NCBI GenBank assembly: GCA_964016885.1 | Contig: OZ024742.1 | Coordinates: forward strand, 345,216,001 to 345,280,000 | Source of the DNA: Eledone cirrhosa | Taxonomy: Eukaryota | Length of the DNA stretch: 64,000 nucleotides | Direction: 5' to 3' | Shown: one piece after another, positions 40,159 through 50,900 of the stretch | How the letters are laid out: each line of letters starts with the position of its first letter | Numbering within the stretch: position 1 is the first letter of the stretch | Translations under genes and position numbers: made by a program | The notes under the pieces: model-generated | What the model was told of the DNA's origin: nothing | Database searches by the model: none | What the model saw: only the letters and a program-made list of their open reading frames with translations

Positions 40159-43100
40159 CTACAGGATGGTATACAGAGAAGGCCCATTTACACGAGCCAT
40201 TCTCGCCACTATCACCCACCCTTCATAAAACTGCCTGTGGCCAAGCACCTCTCTCTCCATTCTTATCCTTCTTCCGAAGTGATATCGGAAGAAGTAGACC
40301 AGACTATGGCCAGAGAGGAAGTTGCTTGACCTCAGACCTTTCAATCGTGTCCACCAAACAACCTCTTTCAACATGGCTATTACGCACAGAAAAACCGCCT
40401 TTGCTTCCTTTGTGAAGAGGGGAGGCGGTTTGATTGTCATCACGGACTCGGCGGTCAATTTAATCGGCGCCACCCGCGACAGCAGTCGTTCTGCGTAGCC
40501 CCACAGATCAGCCACGCCCGGACATTGCACCAATGCGTGCGCAACGGTTTCTTCGTGACGCACGCATCTAGGGCAAATCTTTTTTGAGGGATCCCTGCCC
40601 GGGCGCCCGTGTCTGTAGAGCCTCTCTCGAACGGGTAGAGCCCCCCGGTAGCACTGCCAGGCCAGTGACTTCTGGAAGTTGTCCATTGGTCCTGGGCCGA
40701 AAGTCCTACCGAACAGGCTGGCCAGTTCGTGTTCTTCCATGTCCAGCGACTCTCCAAGGGTGTCATCGCCCCTGCTAGCCACCAGCCCTCTATAGAATGA
40801 TGAGGTGGATTCTCCACCGATGGCCTGGCGCGCTTGCCAGAGAGCCCTGAGCGCCTGAGCACACTCAGTGTGCCAGTCTCCCAGTTTTCCGGATCTTTGC
40901 TTGACCCAGGACTGTAGCTCGGTGAGCGAGACGAGTCTCGGAAAGGCTCGTTTCACGAACGGAGCCCACACCGGTTGACCAGTGAGGAATACCTGTAGGT
41001 GCCGTAGCCTTAATGCGTGCCTACGCATCATCAACCACGGCATCCCCAGCCCTCCTTTCGAATGTTGTTGGCAGCAGATGGATCTTCTCACCATAGGAGG
41101 GCGCTTCTTCCAAAGAAATTGGAAGAGCATGCGTTCCATGGTGGTGAGTGTTTCCTTAGGGCAAGGCACGACAGTCAGGCGGTAGTAAGTGACGGACGCT
41201 ATGTAAATGTTCGCCACCTCCGCCCGGCCTTTTAGGGACAGCTTACACTTGGCCCATTTCTGGGTTAGTGCAAACACCTTGTTCGTAACCTCGTTCCAGT
41301 TCTTTTCCACCTGGAGGTCCGGTCCAAACCAGACCCCAAGCAACTTTACCGGGCCCTCCGTCCAGTGTCCGACGACACCGTCAGGAGGCATCGGTCTGCC
41401 TCTCCACGTTCCGAGTTGCAGCCCGATGGATTTTTCCCGGTTCAGTTTCGCTCCTGACAACCTTTCGTACTCCTCCAGTAAGGTACCGATCGCCTCGATC
41501 TCCGAGTCGGTCGATACCATTACTGTTACGTCATCGGCGTAGGCCGACACCGCTTTGCTCAATCCTGGTTCCAGGGGTATACCCTGCAACAACTCCAACT
41601 TCCTCAGTAAAGGCTCGAGAGTCAATACGTACAGAAGGGAGGAGAGAGGGCACCCCTGTCGAATGGATCGTGTGATTTCGAATGGCTTCGAAAGGTAGCC
41701 GTTCACCTTGATCCTAGAACAGATGTGGTTGCTATGTAAGGCAGTGATCCAGCCTCTGAAAACAGGACCGAACCCAGCCGCCGCTAGCACCGCATCCAGG
41801 TAACCATGGTCGAACCTATCGAAGGCCTTAGACTGATCCAAGTTGATCAGGGCCCCACCGAAGCCGGGTTTGTTGCCAACCCTCTCTATGATGTATCGCA
41901 TGAGGTGGAGGTTATTGTGAATGGACCTGGATGGGATAGCACATGTCTGCGCATCTCCCACCAGGCCACCCACGACAAGCGCCAACCTCTTTGCTAACAC
42001 CTTGGCCAAAATCTTTAACTCTGTGTTTAGCAGGGTTATGGGCCGAAAATTATTTATACTATCTCCCTTGTTCTCGTCCTTCCTCGCCAGCGTGACTACG
42101 CCCTTGGCTACAGAACAAGGAATTCTCCCGTTCTGCTGCCAATTGCAGTAGACCGCTTCGAGGAGTTCGGAGAAGAAGACCGGCATTGCTAAATAAAGTT
42201 CGTAAGGTATACCATCGAGACCTGGAGGTTTGCGTCTGCTGCATTGGCTCAGCGCATCTCCGATCTCATCAGCCGAGATTGGTCCCTCGCAGGACTCTGC
42301 CTCTTCGCTCGAGAGACGCGGTAGGCCGTCGAGGTATGGACCGAAATCCACGCCCCCGCCCGGACCCTCGCCTCCCCCGAACAATCGGGCAAAGTGTCTT
42401 TGAAAGGCCTCGCACATCTGCTTAGGCTCCCGGATCACCCGTCCATCTTCGTCTTGCAACGACCGGATGGTGGATCGATTTCCACTCTTAGCTTCTGTCA
42501 CGCGGGCCCAGCCAACGGCTTTGGCCCCCTCATTACCTAGAGCACGTATTTTACTTCGAATGACGCAGCCTTCGTGCTTTGCATCGAAAACCTGGTTCAA
42601 GGCCGTCCTCGATGCCAGCACTCTGGCCACATATTCGCTCTTGATTGCCTCTTCTAATTTACCTGTTAATTCTTTCTCGTTTCTATTCCTATCGGCAGCT
42701 AACATCTTTCTATAACTTATTGATTCTGTTCTAATCTCTCTTTTGAGAGATGCCCACCATCGGTTGTTGACGATTGCACCCGTCAACCTCTCCTTAACTA
42801 ATCTGCTAATCCGGTTTCTGTAAGTCTCTTTTGCCGGTAAAGACAAATTAAGTTTCCAGTAACCGGGACCCTGTTTATGTGTTTTCTCGAGATTGACTAC
42901 GCAGGTCACTAATTTGTGATCCGTGTAGCCAACCGTGCCCATTTCTGGACAGCTTAATATGTCCCTATCCTTACTTCTAACTAAGAATCTATCTAAGTAC
43001 GATCTAGATTGACCACTGTGGTTTCTCCAAGTCCAGGTAGGCACAGTTGGAAAATCTAGTCGATATCTATCGACCAAGTTCAAACGGTCGAGTAACCCCT

Positions 43101-43596
43101 TGAGGCTGTTACACCCCCCTCTAGTAGAACATGCTCCTGCATAGTCCCAACGTGCATCTAGGATGTCATTCCAATCCCCCGCTAGAAGCAGGGAACGCGA
43201 CGTTCCCAGAAAAGTCTCCAAACGCTGGAAGAAGTCGGGCCGTTCAGCTCCGAAAGGGGAGTAGACGGCGACCAGTCTCAAGGCCGCACTTTCACTACTG
43301 CCAACGTCTAGCACCAACAAACGACCCTCCGGGTCCGAGTGAACAACCTGTACGGCAAGACCCAGGTGTTTTTGCAGCAGTACGACAACCCCACCCCCAC
43401 CTCCAGGTTGACAGAGAGATGCATGCACCTCAAAGTCATCGAAGGTGGGGGCCAGCTGCCGCACGACGCTGATTCGAGTCTCACAGATAACCATTACATT
43501 TATACTACATGACCTGAGGTCATATAGAAGCTTTGCTTGCTTCCAAGTTGAGCCCAGGCCACGTGCATTCAAACATCCTACTCTTAACACATCCAT
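40159..43596 (-). CDS. ORF2: AP endonuclease + reverse transcriptase + C-terminal zinc finger, 1145 aa
   Basis: APE motifs LNARGL, ICET, AVYSP, GDWN, YLDRF and TDH. RT motifs PGLDG, RPITLLN, LDQSKAFD, RQGCPLS, YADD and KLLGV. CPRC..HALVQC at the C-terminus. No stops. Confidence 0.95.
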   Translation of the reverse strand: MDVLRVGCLNARGLGSTWKQAKLLYDLRSCSINVMVICETRISVVRQLAPTFDDFEVHASLCQPGGGGGVVVLLQKHLGLAVQVVHSDPEGRLLVLDVGSSESAALRLVAVYSPFGAERPDFFQRLETFLGTSRSLLLAGDWNDILDARWDYAGACSTRGGCNSLKGLLDRLNLVDRYRLDFPTVPTWTWRNHSGQSRSYLDRFLVRSKDRDILSCPEMGTVGYTDHKLVTCVVNLEKTHKQGPGYWKLNLSLPAKETYRNRISRLVKERLTGAIVNNRWWASLKREIRTESISYRKMLAADRNRNEKELTGKLEEAIKSEYVARVLASRTALNQVFDAKHEGCVIRSKIRALGNEGAKAVGWARVTEAKSGNRSTIRSLQDEDGRVIREPKQMCEAFQRHFARLFGGGEGPGGGVDFGPYLDGLPRLSSEEAESCEGPISADEIGDALSQCSRRKPPGLDGIPYELYLAMPVFFSELLEAVYCNWQQNGRIPCSVAKGVVTLARKDENKGDSINNFRPITLLNTELKILAKVLAKRLALVVGGLVGDAQTCAIPSRSIHNNLHLMRYIIERVGNKPGFGGALINLDQSKAFDRFDHGYLDAVLAAAGFGPVFRGWITALHSNHICSRIKVNGYLSKPFEITRSIRQGCPLSSLLYVLTLEPLLRKLELLQGIPLEPGLSKAVSAYADDVTVMVSTDSEIEAIGTLLEEYERLSGAKLNREKSIGLQLGTWRGRPMPPDGVVGHWTEGPVKLLGVWFGPDLQVEKNWNEVTNKVFALTQKWAKCKLSLKGRAEVANIYIASVTYYRLTVVPCPKETLTTMERMLFQFLWKKRPPMVRRSICCQQHSKGGLGMPWLMMRRHALRLRHLQVFLTGQPVWAPFVKRAFPRLVSLTELQSWVKQRSGKLGDWHTECAQALRALWQARQAIGGESTSSFYRGLVASRGDDTLGESLDMEEHELASLFGRTFGPGPMDNFQKSLAWQCYRGALPVRERLYRHGRPGRDPSKKICPRCVRHEETVAHALVQCPGVADLWGYAERLLSRVAPIKLTAESVMTIKPPPLFTKEAKAVFLCVIAMLKEVVWWTRLKGLRSSNFLSGHSLVYFFRYHFGRRIRMEREVLGHRQFYEGWVIVARMARVNGPSLYTIL

Positions 43597-43629
43597 GTGG
43601 GCGGCAGAGCCAAAGGAGAGTGTAGAGAC

Positions 43630-44913
43630 CTACCTTTCCGCTTCCCGGGGTTCGGGTTGCACGACTTCCATGGGGTCGGGGGTGTTGGGTGAAGGGGTGT
43701 CTTGTGGTGGTGTGGGGTCGTCAGTGTGTGGTGGTGTTGGTGTGTTTGGAGTTGTGTTGGGGAGGGGAAGGGGAGGGGGAAAGCTTTTTAGTAGGACGCG
43801 GTTTATGGGTTTGACAGAGGGTGGTCCTACGTCCTCCTTAAAATCCTTTTTTAGTTTTTGGTAGAGGTTCATTGGGATCTTTATTAATTTTAAATGTGGG
43901 TAGTTTTCTGAAGAAACAAAGTTTACACCTTCGGTTTGTACCGAAGGATTATTGTATATGAGTTCATTTAATTTATTATTGTTTCTGTTGATGTAAGTAT
44001 AGTGTAATGTCTTTTTTTCGGATGGTGTGAGTGTTTCGAAGAGGGGAGGGGCAGGTTTGGTTTTGTTTGTTGCTGGAGGGGTGTTTTCTGTTTTGTTGGA
44101 TTGTGTTGAGATTTGGGTGGGGATTGTTTGGCCTTGTGTGTTTTGCACATGTTTTCTTTTTTTCCTTTTAATCTGTCTGAAGGACTCCGTTTCTTCCTCC
44201 GAATTCGTTGGGTTATCTTCAGTGTTGGAGGGAAGAGGTATGTTTGCTGGTAATGTTTCCGTGTTGGTTTTCTTTGTGGGGGAGATGGATGTCACTATGT
44301 TAGACTGTGTTGTGTGTTGTGTCTGCGGTGGTTGTGTTGTTTTATTGAGTGAGAGGTTTTGTGGGCCTGTATTTTGTTTTGGGGTAATGTGTTGTGACTG
44401 TTTGTGTTGTGGTGGTGGTGTGGTTTTACTGAGGGACGGGTTGGGTGGGACTGAGTTTTGTTGTTTGTTTATCTGTTGTGGTGGTGGTGATGGAGCTGGT
44501 GTTGGTAGCAGGGTTTTCTTTTTGTTGAGTTGGGGACAAGCGGCCTTCAGGTGCCCTCTGCCTGCACAGATATGGCAGGTCGGCCTTCTCCCCTCCACGC
44601 TAATGTTTATATACCCGTGGTCCTCTAATAGGATTCTGTCGGGTATTTGGGCGATGCGTTCAGGCTTCATTTGCACTACCAGCTCTATACCTGTTCCACT
44701 GAACGCATTGCCTGTGGTTTTCCCAATGGAAATCACGTTGTCATTCACTGGATCGATGAAGCCAGCTATGAGCCAGCAGTAGTCCACATCTGGCATCATT
44801 GCATCCAGCCATATGCGTTGAGTTCTTTTCCCCATATAAGATGGATAAAAGGTGAAATTTTTCGAACGAATCGGTGACAAAGCACATTTTTTTGCCGCCG
44901 ATTCGTTCTTCAT
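43630..44913 (-). CDS. ORF1 (gag-like nucleic-acid-binding protein with CCHC knuckle)
   Basis: CHICAGRGHLKAAC knuckle, a Pro/Thr-rich linker and a basic KRKKRK stretch. The frame stays open for 56 more codons up to 45081, where the element is truncated. Confidence 0.85.
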   Translation of the reverse strand: MKNESAAKKCALSPIRSKNFTFYPSYMGKRTQRIWLDAMMPDVDYCWLIAGFIDPVNDNVISIGKTTGNAFSGTGIELVVQMKPERIAQIPDRILLEDHGYINISVEGRRPTCHICAGRGHLKAACPQLNKKKTLLPTPAPSPPPQQINKQQNSVPPNPSLSKTTPPPQHKQSQHITPKQNTGPQNLSLNKTTQPPQTQHTTQSNIVTSISPTKKTNTETLPANIPLPSNTEDNPTNSEEETESFRQIKRKKRKHVQNTQGQTIPTQISTQSNKTENTPPATNKTKPAPPLFETLTPSEKKTLHYTYINRNNNKLNELIYNNPSVQTEGVNFVSSENYPHLKLIKIPMNLYQKLKKDFKEDVGPPSVKPINRVLLKSFPPPLPLPNTTPNTPTPPHTDDPTPPQDTPSPNTPDPMEVVQPEPREAER

Positions 44914-45110
44914 GATAATTGCTAGGCTTCCATACAGTCTGTCTTTTCTTATGAAAGTGGTTTCATTAAGTACTTCTGTGAGTACTGTTTTGATATCTGC
45001 TTGAGAAGGCTGTTCAGGTTTTTTTGTACTGTTGTTGATGGTCCGAAACTTGACCGATCGGCTTTCAATGTCTTTGGTGAAATAGATAGATAGATAGATA
45101 GATAGATAGT

Positions 45111-45155
<45 letters not shown>

Positions 45156-46416
45156 TGTTTACTTATGCAATAAACTCTTTCTGTTTTAGCACACTATTAC
45201 AGCTGAACTACCCAGATTTTTGGCTGATTAAATACAACGCATTACTTGCCTGGTAGACATGTTATCACTCCGGAAGTGTGAGAGATAAAGTCAAACCTAG
45301 CAATATTGCAACTCAGCGCGGAAAAGAAAAATAGTACTATTTATTTTTCTAACTGCAGTAAAAATAGTTTTAACTGAAGATACACTTATTTAAAACCTCT
45401 AATGTTGCAAGTATGTAATGCACCACCATGTAAAACAGAGTTCTGGAACTGTTATTAAGACCTCAGAAGCCTGCCGTGTGAGGCTGTCCACAATTGTGTA
45501 TCCGCTTCCTCTTGTCAGGCTTTCGAAAGATCATTCCCATGTCATTTCCTTACAGCTAGATTACTTACAGGACTCAGAATAGTGGCTTGTCAGTACTCAC
45601 ACTTCCACTATTCAATAGCTGCTGTTTTATAAATACAGGCCAGTGTTTACTACACACAGTCCACAGTATAAATGGTTGATGTTATGAAGGACATCCAGTC
45701 ATAGAAAAATGTAATGTATGAGTAACAGATGATCGTCTCGCCTAACTAATCACACAGAACGTGGTAACACAGCTACTCTTGAGGCATGATCGCCTCTTCC
45801 CCGTCTTTGAATGTATGTAGCTAGGAACTGGGATGCTCTGCTGGGGTCATAGGAGCACCTTAGTGACGTACATTATACCTAGGGCATTTTAAACTTGGTG
45901 GTACATATCCCAGCTCCATCTCTGCAAACAGGTAGTCACTTCCAAAGAAGGTGAGAGAGAAAATGATTGAGATGAAGTGAAAAAGAAATCTAGTGGAAGA
46001 ATTAACCCCTGTTCTTGACTGGAACCTTTTTATCAGTTACGGAAGGGTGAAAGACGAAGCAGGTGTTGGTGAGTTTGGAACTCTGAGCGCAGTGAGCCAG
46101 AACGAATATTGCAAAGCTTTCTGTTCGACGTTCTAGAAGTGCGGACGTACTAAGTGGTGGTAAAAGGATGATTGATCAAGTCTACCTGCTAAAGTCACGA
46201 CCTAAATAGGTTAGATATGAACATCTGTTGGCACTAAAGGGTGGTGTAGATTATGTTTCCAAACATTAGTTTCAGGATGGTTTTCTATAATAAATACAAA
46301 TACCCAATATATATTACCTTGAAAGAAGTTGTATAGTATTGGGTATATATACATATACATAATTGATTGTACTATTACAGTGGCTATAATGTTTAATCTT
46401 TGGGTAGCATTGACTT

Positions 46417-46495
<79 letters not shown>

Positions 46496-46784
46496 ATATA
46501 CGTAATTGTACTATCACTAGCTATAACTTTATATACATATATATATATATACATATATATATATACATATATACATATATAAATATATATGTATATAAAT
46601 ATATATATGTGTGTATATTTATATATATACCAACAGTATGAAACAGAGATCTGTCAGCTCATCTCCCTTTGTTTGTTGAAAAAAGAAGTAAGTGACATAG
46701 TCACTACTTTAAAAGAATAGCGTAAGGTCTTCAAAATGCTTTTAATTAAGCATACAGTGTATTGCAAAATACACTATATATACA

Positions 46785-46844
<60 letters not shown>

Positions 46845-46951
46845 AGTATATATAATATGCATACACACACACATATATATATATATGTATCTATGATTGT
46901 TTCTTATGTTTATTTTATATATATATATATATGTGTCAATCAATTTCTAGT

Positions 46952-46994
<43 letters not shown>

Positions 46995-47099
46995 CTTAGC
47001 TGTACTGTCAGAGAAGCTATATATTTTTAATCTTTATAAAACAGACAGAATTAATTTTCTGCTGGGATTTTACATCTGTATCAGAAGTATATTCGCGCG

Positions 47100-47760
47100 A
47101 GTTTTTATTAATTTACAAACAACTAGAAAATGTTTGCGGCTCTCATTTATGATTAATTCTTTTTTATTCATCAATATATAAGCTATTGAATAGTTGTTTG
47201 AACAGTTACGTCTAACAGATTACTTCATAAATATCGAAGGAATATATAACGCTCTAATCACATAAAATACATTTGAAATACTGCACTTTGTGAAGTAAGA
47301 TAACATTGAATACTGTTTCTGGTACATCACACCCTATAGATTCTTCAGTAGAATTATGGGTTGGTTCCCACAAAAAGTATTGCGAAACAGTTCAAAGTGA
47401 TAGATGTAAAACAGTTTATAATATATACAGCATTTATATTATTGCAGAGATCTGTATTTTATTAATTCTACAATAAAAAGTATCTAAATAAAAGGTTGGA
47501 GATTCATATTCTTATTCACAGATGACATAAATGTCTTTTCAATATTTAGAGGTTATGACTACATCTAAAATATATAGATGCTGTGATCAGGCTTAGAGTA
47601 ATCAGCTTTGGTTGTTGGGAACATTCTCTCTCTGTATCAATTGCACCACCTGCATCAGATTTCAGCTCAAATCTGAAAACTTATCTCTTCCCCAACTTCC
47701 AACTATGAATCACATGTTCAGAGGTTTATATATGTAACTGAATGAAGCGGGCGCCACTAA
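47100..47760 (+). mobile_element. Highly degraded L2/CR1-like LINE 3' remnant
   Basis: TTCAGCTCAAATCTGAAAACTTATCTCTTC translates as FSSNLKTYLF, which resembles the L2 C-terminus. Otherwise the signal is weak. Confidence 0.35.
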
Positions 47761-47982
47761 AGGAGTTGTTTTTTTTCTTTTTGGTGGATTTATGACACCA
47801 TATAAGTGCTTTATTTTTATTATTAATATTATTATTTGGAACTTCCTTTCAATTCTGCTTCTTTCCCAAATCATGAGCAGTACTTTATAATTATTATTAT
47901 TATCATCATCATCATCACCATCATCATCATCGTCATCGTCGTCATCATCATTATCATCATTATTATTATTATTATTATTATT

Positions 47983-50900
47983 GGCGACCTACGTAGTAAA
48001 TCGTATCATCGTGAGCTCCGCAAAGGTTTCTTATTTTCAGTTGTTCAAAATTGTCATTCATGGAAAATTTTATTGTTAACTGTATATAAGTGCACATACA
48101 TTGTTATCTGAAAAGGACACCCAAAAAGATTGGGGCCTTGAGCCCAAAATTTAAACTTTTATAATTATAAAAAAAAAATGTTTTCTTTGAAAAATTATGG
48201 TTGACTCAGAGTCACTCCTTTCTCACAAACTAACACCTCACACCGACACCACCATTGTAAATGTTACTACGTTTGCCAACACTAAAAAAAATATAAGCAG
48301 TAGCAATATTTTAAATTTGTCTCAGGCAGACATTCATTTCCCGCCATTACCACTGACTGCAGGCGTTAAATCCACCATCACCACCACCACCACCGCGACA
48401 ACAGAAACAAAAGAAAAAAATAAATTAACTCGTGATATCGAAATTAATTCAACCAAAATGAACTCTTCCATACCGAACACCACTGACGCCACCACCACCA
48501 CAACTGAAACTAAAATTTTGCCAGAGTAGCAAAACAGTGCGAAGCATTTCAGGTAACTCAGGAGGAATTAGAAGAAGCCAAAAAAGTGGTAAAGAAAGAT
48601 GGGTACAGGGTCAGCCTCCCCCCCCCAACCTAATAAAAAGGAGCATCGGCGCCTATGCACCGTGTCTTAACGAACAATTAATATAAAATCGCGCCGAGTG
48701 GAACGGGCACCGAGTCCCAAATCCAAAAAGCTTTGGGACATGTGTGGGCAAACAAATCCCACATCAGACGTGGGCAGAAGTATGGAACCGTGGACGTGTT
48801 CTTTGAAACACCACAGGAGGCTAGAGAACACTCCATGGCCCCATTAAGAAGTGACGACTTCACACTCGTCCCAAGCTATTGTGGGCAGAGACTCGTAAAG
48901 ATCAGGGTCACCACGTTCCACCGGCCATCGAAATTCCCTGGCTAATAGCTGCCGTCCTCGCCGGCATCGAAGCCAACACCAAGATAATAGAAATAGCGAA
49001 AGAAAAGCAGGAGAACTGGTCCGGATCTGGGATGGAACTCCTGATCCAAGCGGACCGAAAAAGCATTAAGGAGATCCCAGAGGTAATAGACCTGACTGAC
49101 GGCAGCCACCTCACCGTAATTGTCGAGGGCAGAAGGCCTAGGTGTGTCGTTTGTGGTGAAGGAACTCACCTAAGGGCTTTCTGCCCTCAGGCTAAAAGGA
49201 TGAGGCCACCTCTCCTACCCACCCCAGTGACTCAACCATCAACACCACCAGTAGCAGAGATGGCAGCAACAACTGTAGCAGCAACAACAGAAGCAACTGT
49301 AACAGCAACAACCCCAGCAACAGTAGCAAAACCAACACCACTACCACCCAACGCGCAAGAACTTGCACCAGCGCCTACACCATCCACCACGCCACAAGAA
49401 AAACTAACGCCTGTGGAGGATTTTCCACTCCCCGGCCTATCACAACTGGAGACAGATTGTGACGACGAGGAGTGGGAAACGGTATCAGGAAAAAAGATAC
49501 CAAAAAAGAAAAAATTCTCTTCCTTCCTCCTCTAAAAACAAAATACAGAGGGAAACAAATAAACTATCAAACAAAAAAGTTAGAAAAGACATGGCACCAT
49601 CCACGCCAGCATCACCAACCCCATCATCCCAAACACCAACACCATCACCATCATTAACCCAACACCACCATCACCTACACCACAAAAGTCACCAAAATGC
49701 GAAACAGAAACAAACCCACAACAAACGCAAACAAAACAAAACAACCAAAACTATACACACTACACAGCATTAAATTTGAACAACAACCAATTATTACACT
49801 ACATCCAACACAACACCAGCATCACAGAAAAAGACTACACAACAACCCCAAAGTTCACACCACCTCCACACATACAAATCACTCGCATCACACAGAAAAC
49901 GTACATGACACTAAAACAAAAATTCCTCAAAGACATTGGAGACTTCCGACAAACCCTCTCCGGGAGGATTTATAAGGACATCCTTCCTGAGGAGGCCACA
50001 AGCAGTGAAAAGAATGGAGAAACCGTCCTTCCTCTACGAGAAGTAAGGTAAGTGGTCTTTCCCTTCTTTTCCACTCCATTTCAACATAACCTCACTCAGA
50101 ATAGGCAGCATAAATGTGCGTGGCTTGGGGTCGTCATGGAAGCAGGGCCACCTGCTCAACGACCTCACGTCACTAAACATAGATGTAGTGGCCATCAGCG
50201 AGAGCAGAATCTCCGAAGCACGGGCCTTCGCACCGATCTTCGGCGGCTACGATGTGTACGCATCTCCTATCCGTCCGGGATCGGGGGTGGAGTTGCTGTG
50301 ATTTTTCGGAGAGGTTTGCATCTTGCCATACGGGCCATCTTCCTGGACCCAGAAGGTAAGTTGGTGGTGCTGGACGTGACCAGCGGAGACGGGCAAGCTT
50401 TCAGTTTAGTGGCCGTCTATGCCCCGACAGGAGCAGGGCGGCCTGATTTCTTCCGGCGTCTGGAGACCTTTCTTAGAACGTCCCGCTCTTTAGTGTTAGT
50501 GGGCGACTGGAACGGGAACTTAGATGCACGCTGGGACTGTTTGAGATTAGTGGATAGGAAAGGAGGGTGCAAGAGTCTCACCAACCTGCTCAGGGGTTTT
50601 GAACTGTCTGACAGGTACCGATTGGATTTCCCGAATGTGCCAATGTGGACTTGGACAAATCGCATAGGGTCATCCAGATCATATCTAGATAGAGTATTTT
50701 GTAGAGAAATAAATAGGTCTAGCATAGGCTGTCCATAATTCAAGATAGTCAGCTACACGGATCACAAATTCGTGATCTGTGTGCTTGACTTAGATAGGCT
50801 TCATATACGAGGACCCGGCTACTGGAAGCTAAACGCGTCCTTACCAGCGCGCAAGGCCTACAGAGACCGGATTAGCGAACTAGTTAAGCGGGCGTTGACG

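Larger units (their letters stand above)
39940..45081 (-). mobile_element. Tx1/L1-clade LINE with open ORF1 (5'-truncated) and intact ORF2, inserted in (GATA)n
   Basis: Two long ORFs. The 3' end CTTTATGGTA-AATAAA-GAAA runs into (TATC)n. (GATA)n lies on both sides (39907-39938 and 45082-45154). Confidence 0.96.

Noticed and set aside
44027-44782. 251-aa antisense ORF within Tx1 ORF1
   Set aside because: It is a by-product of the C/A-rich sense strand and has no counterpart in the other Tx1 copy.
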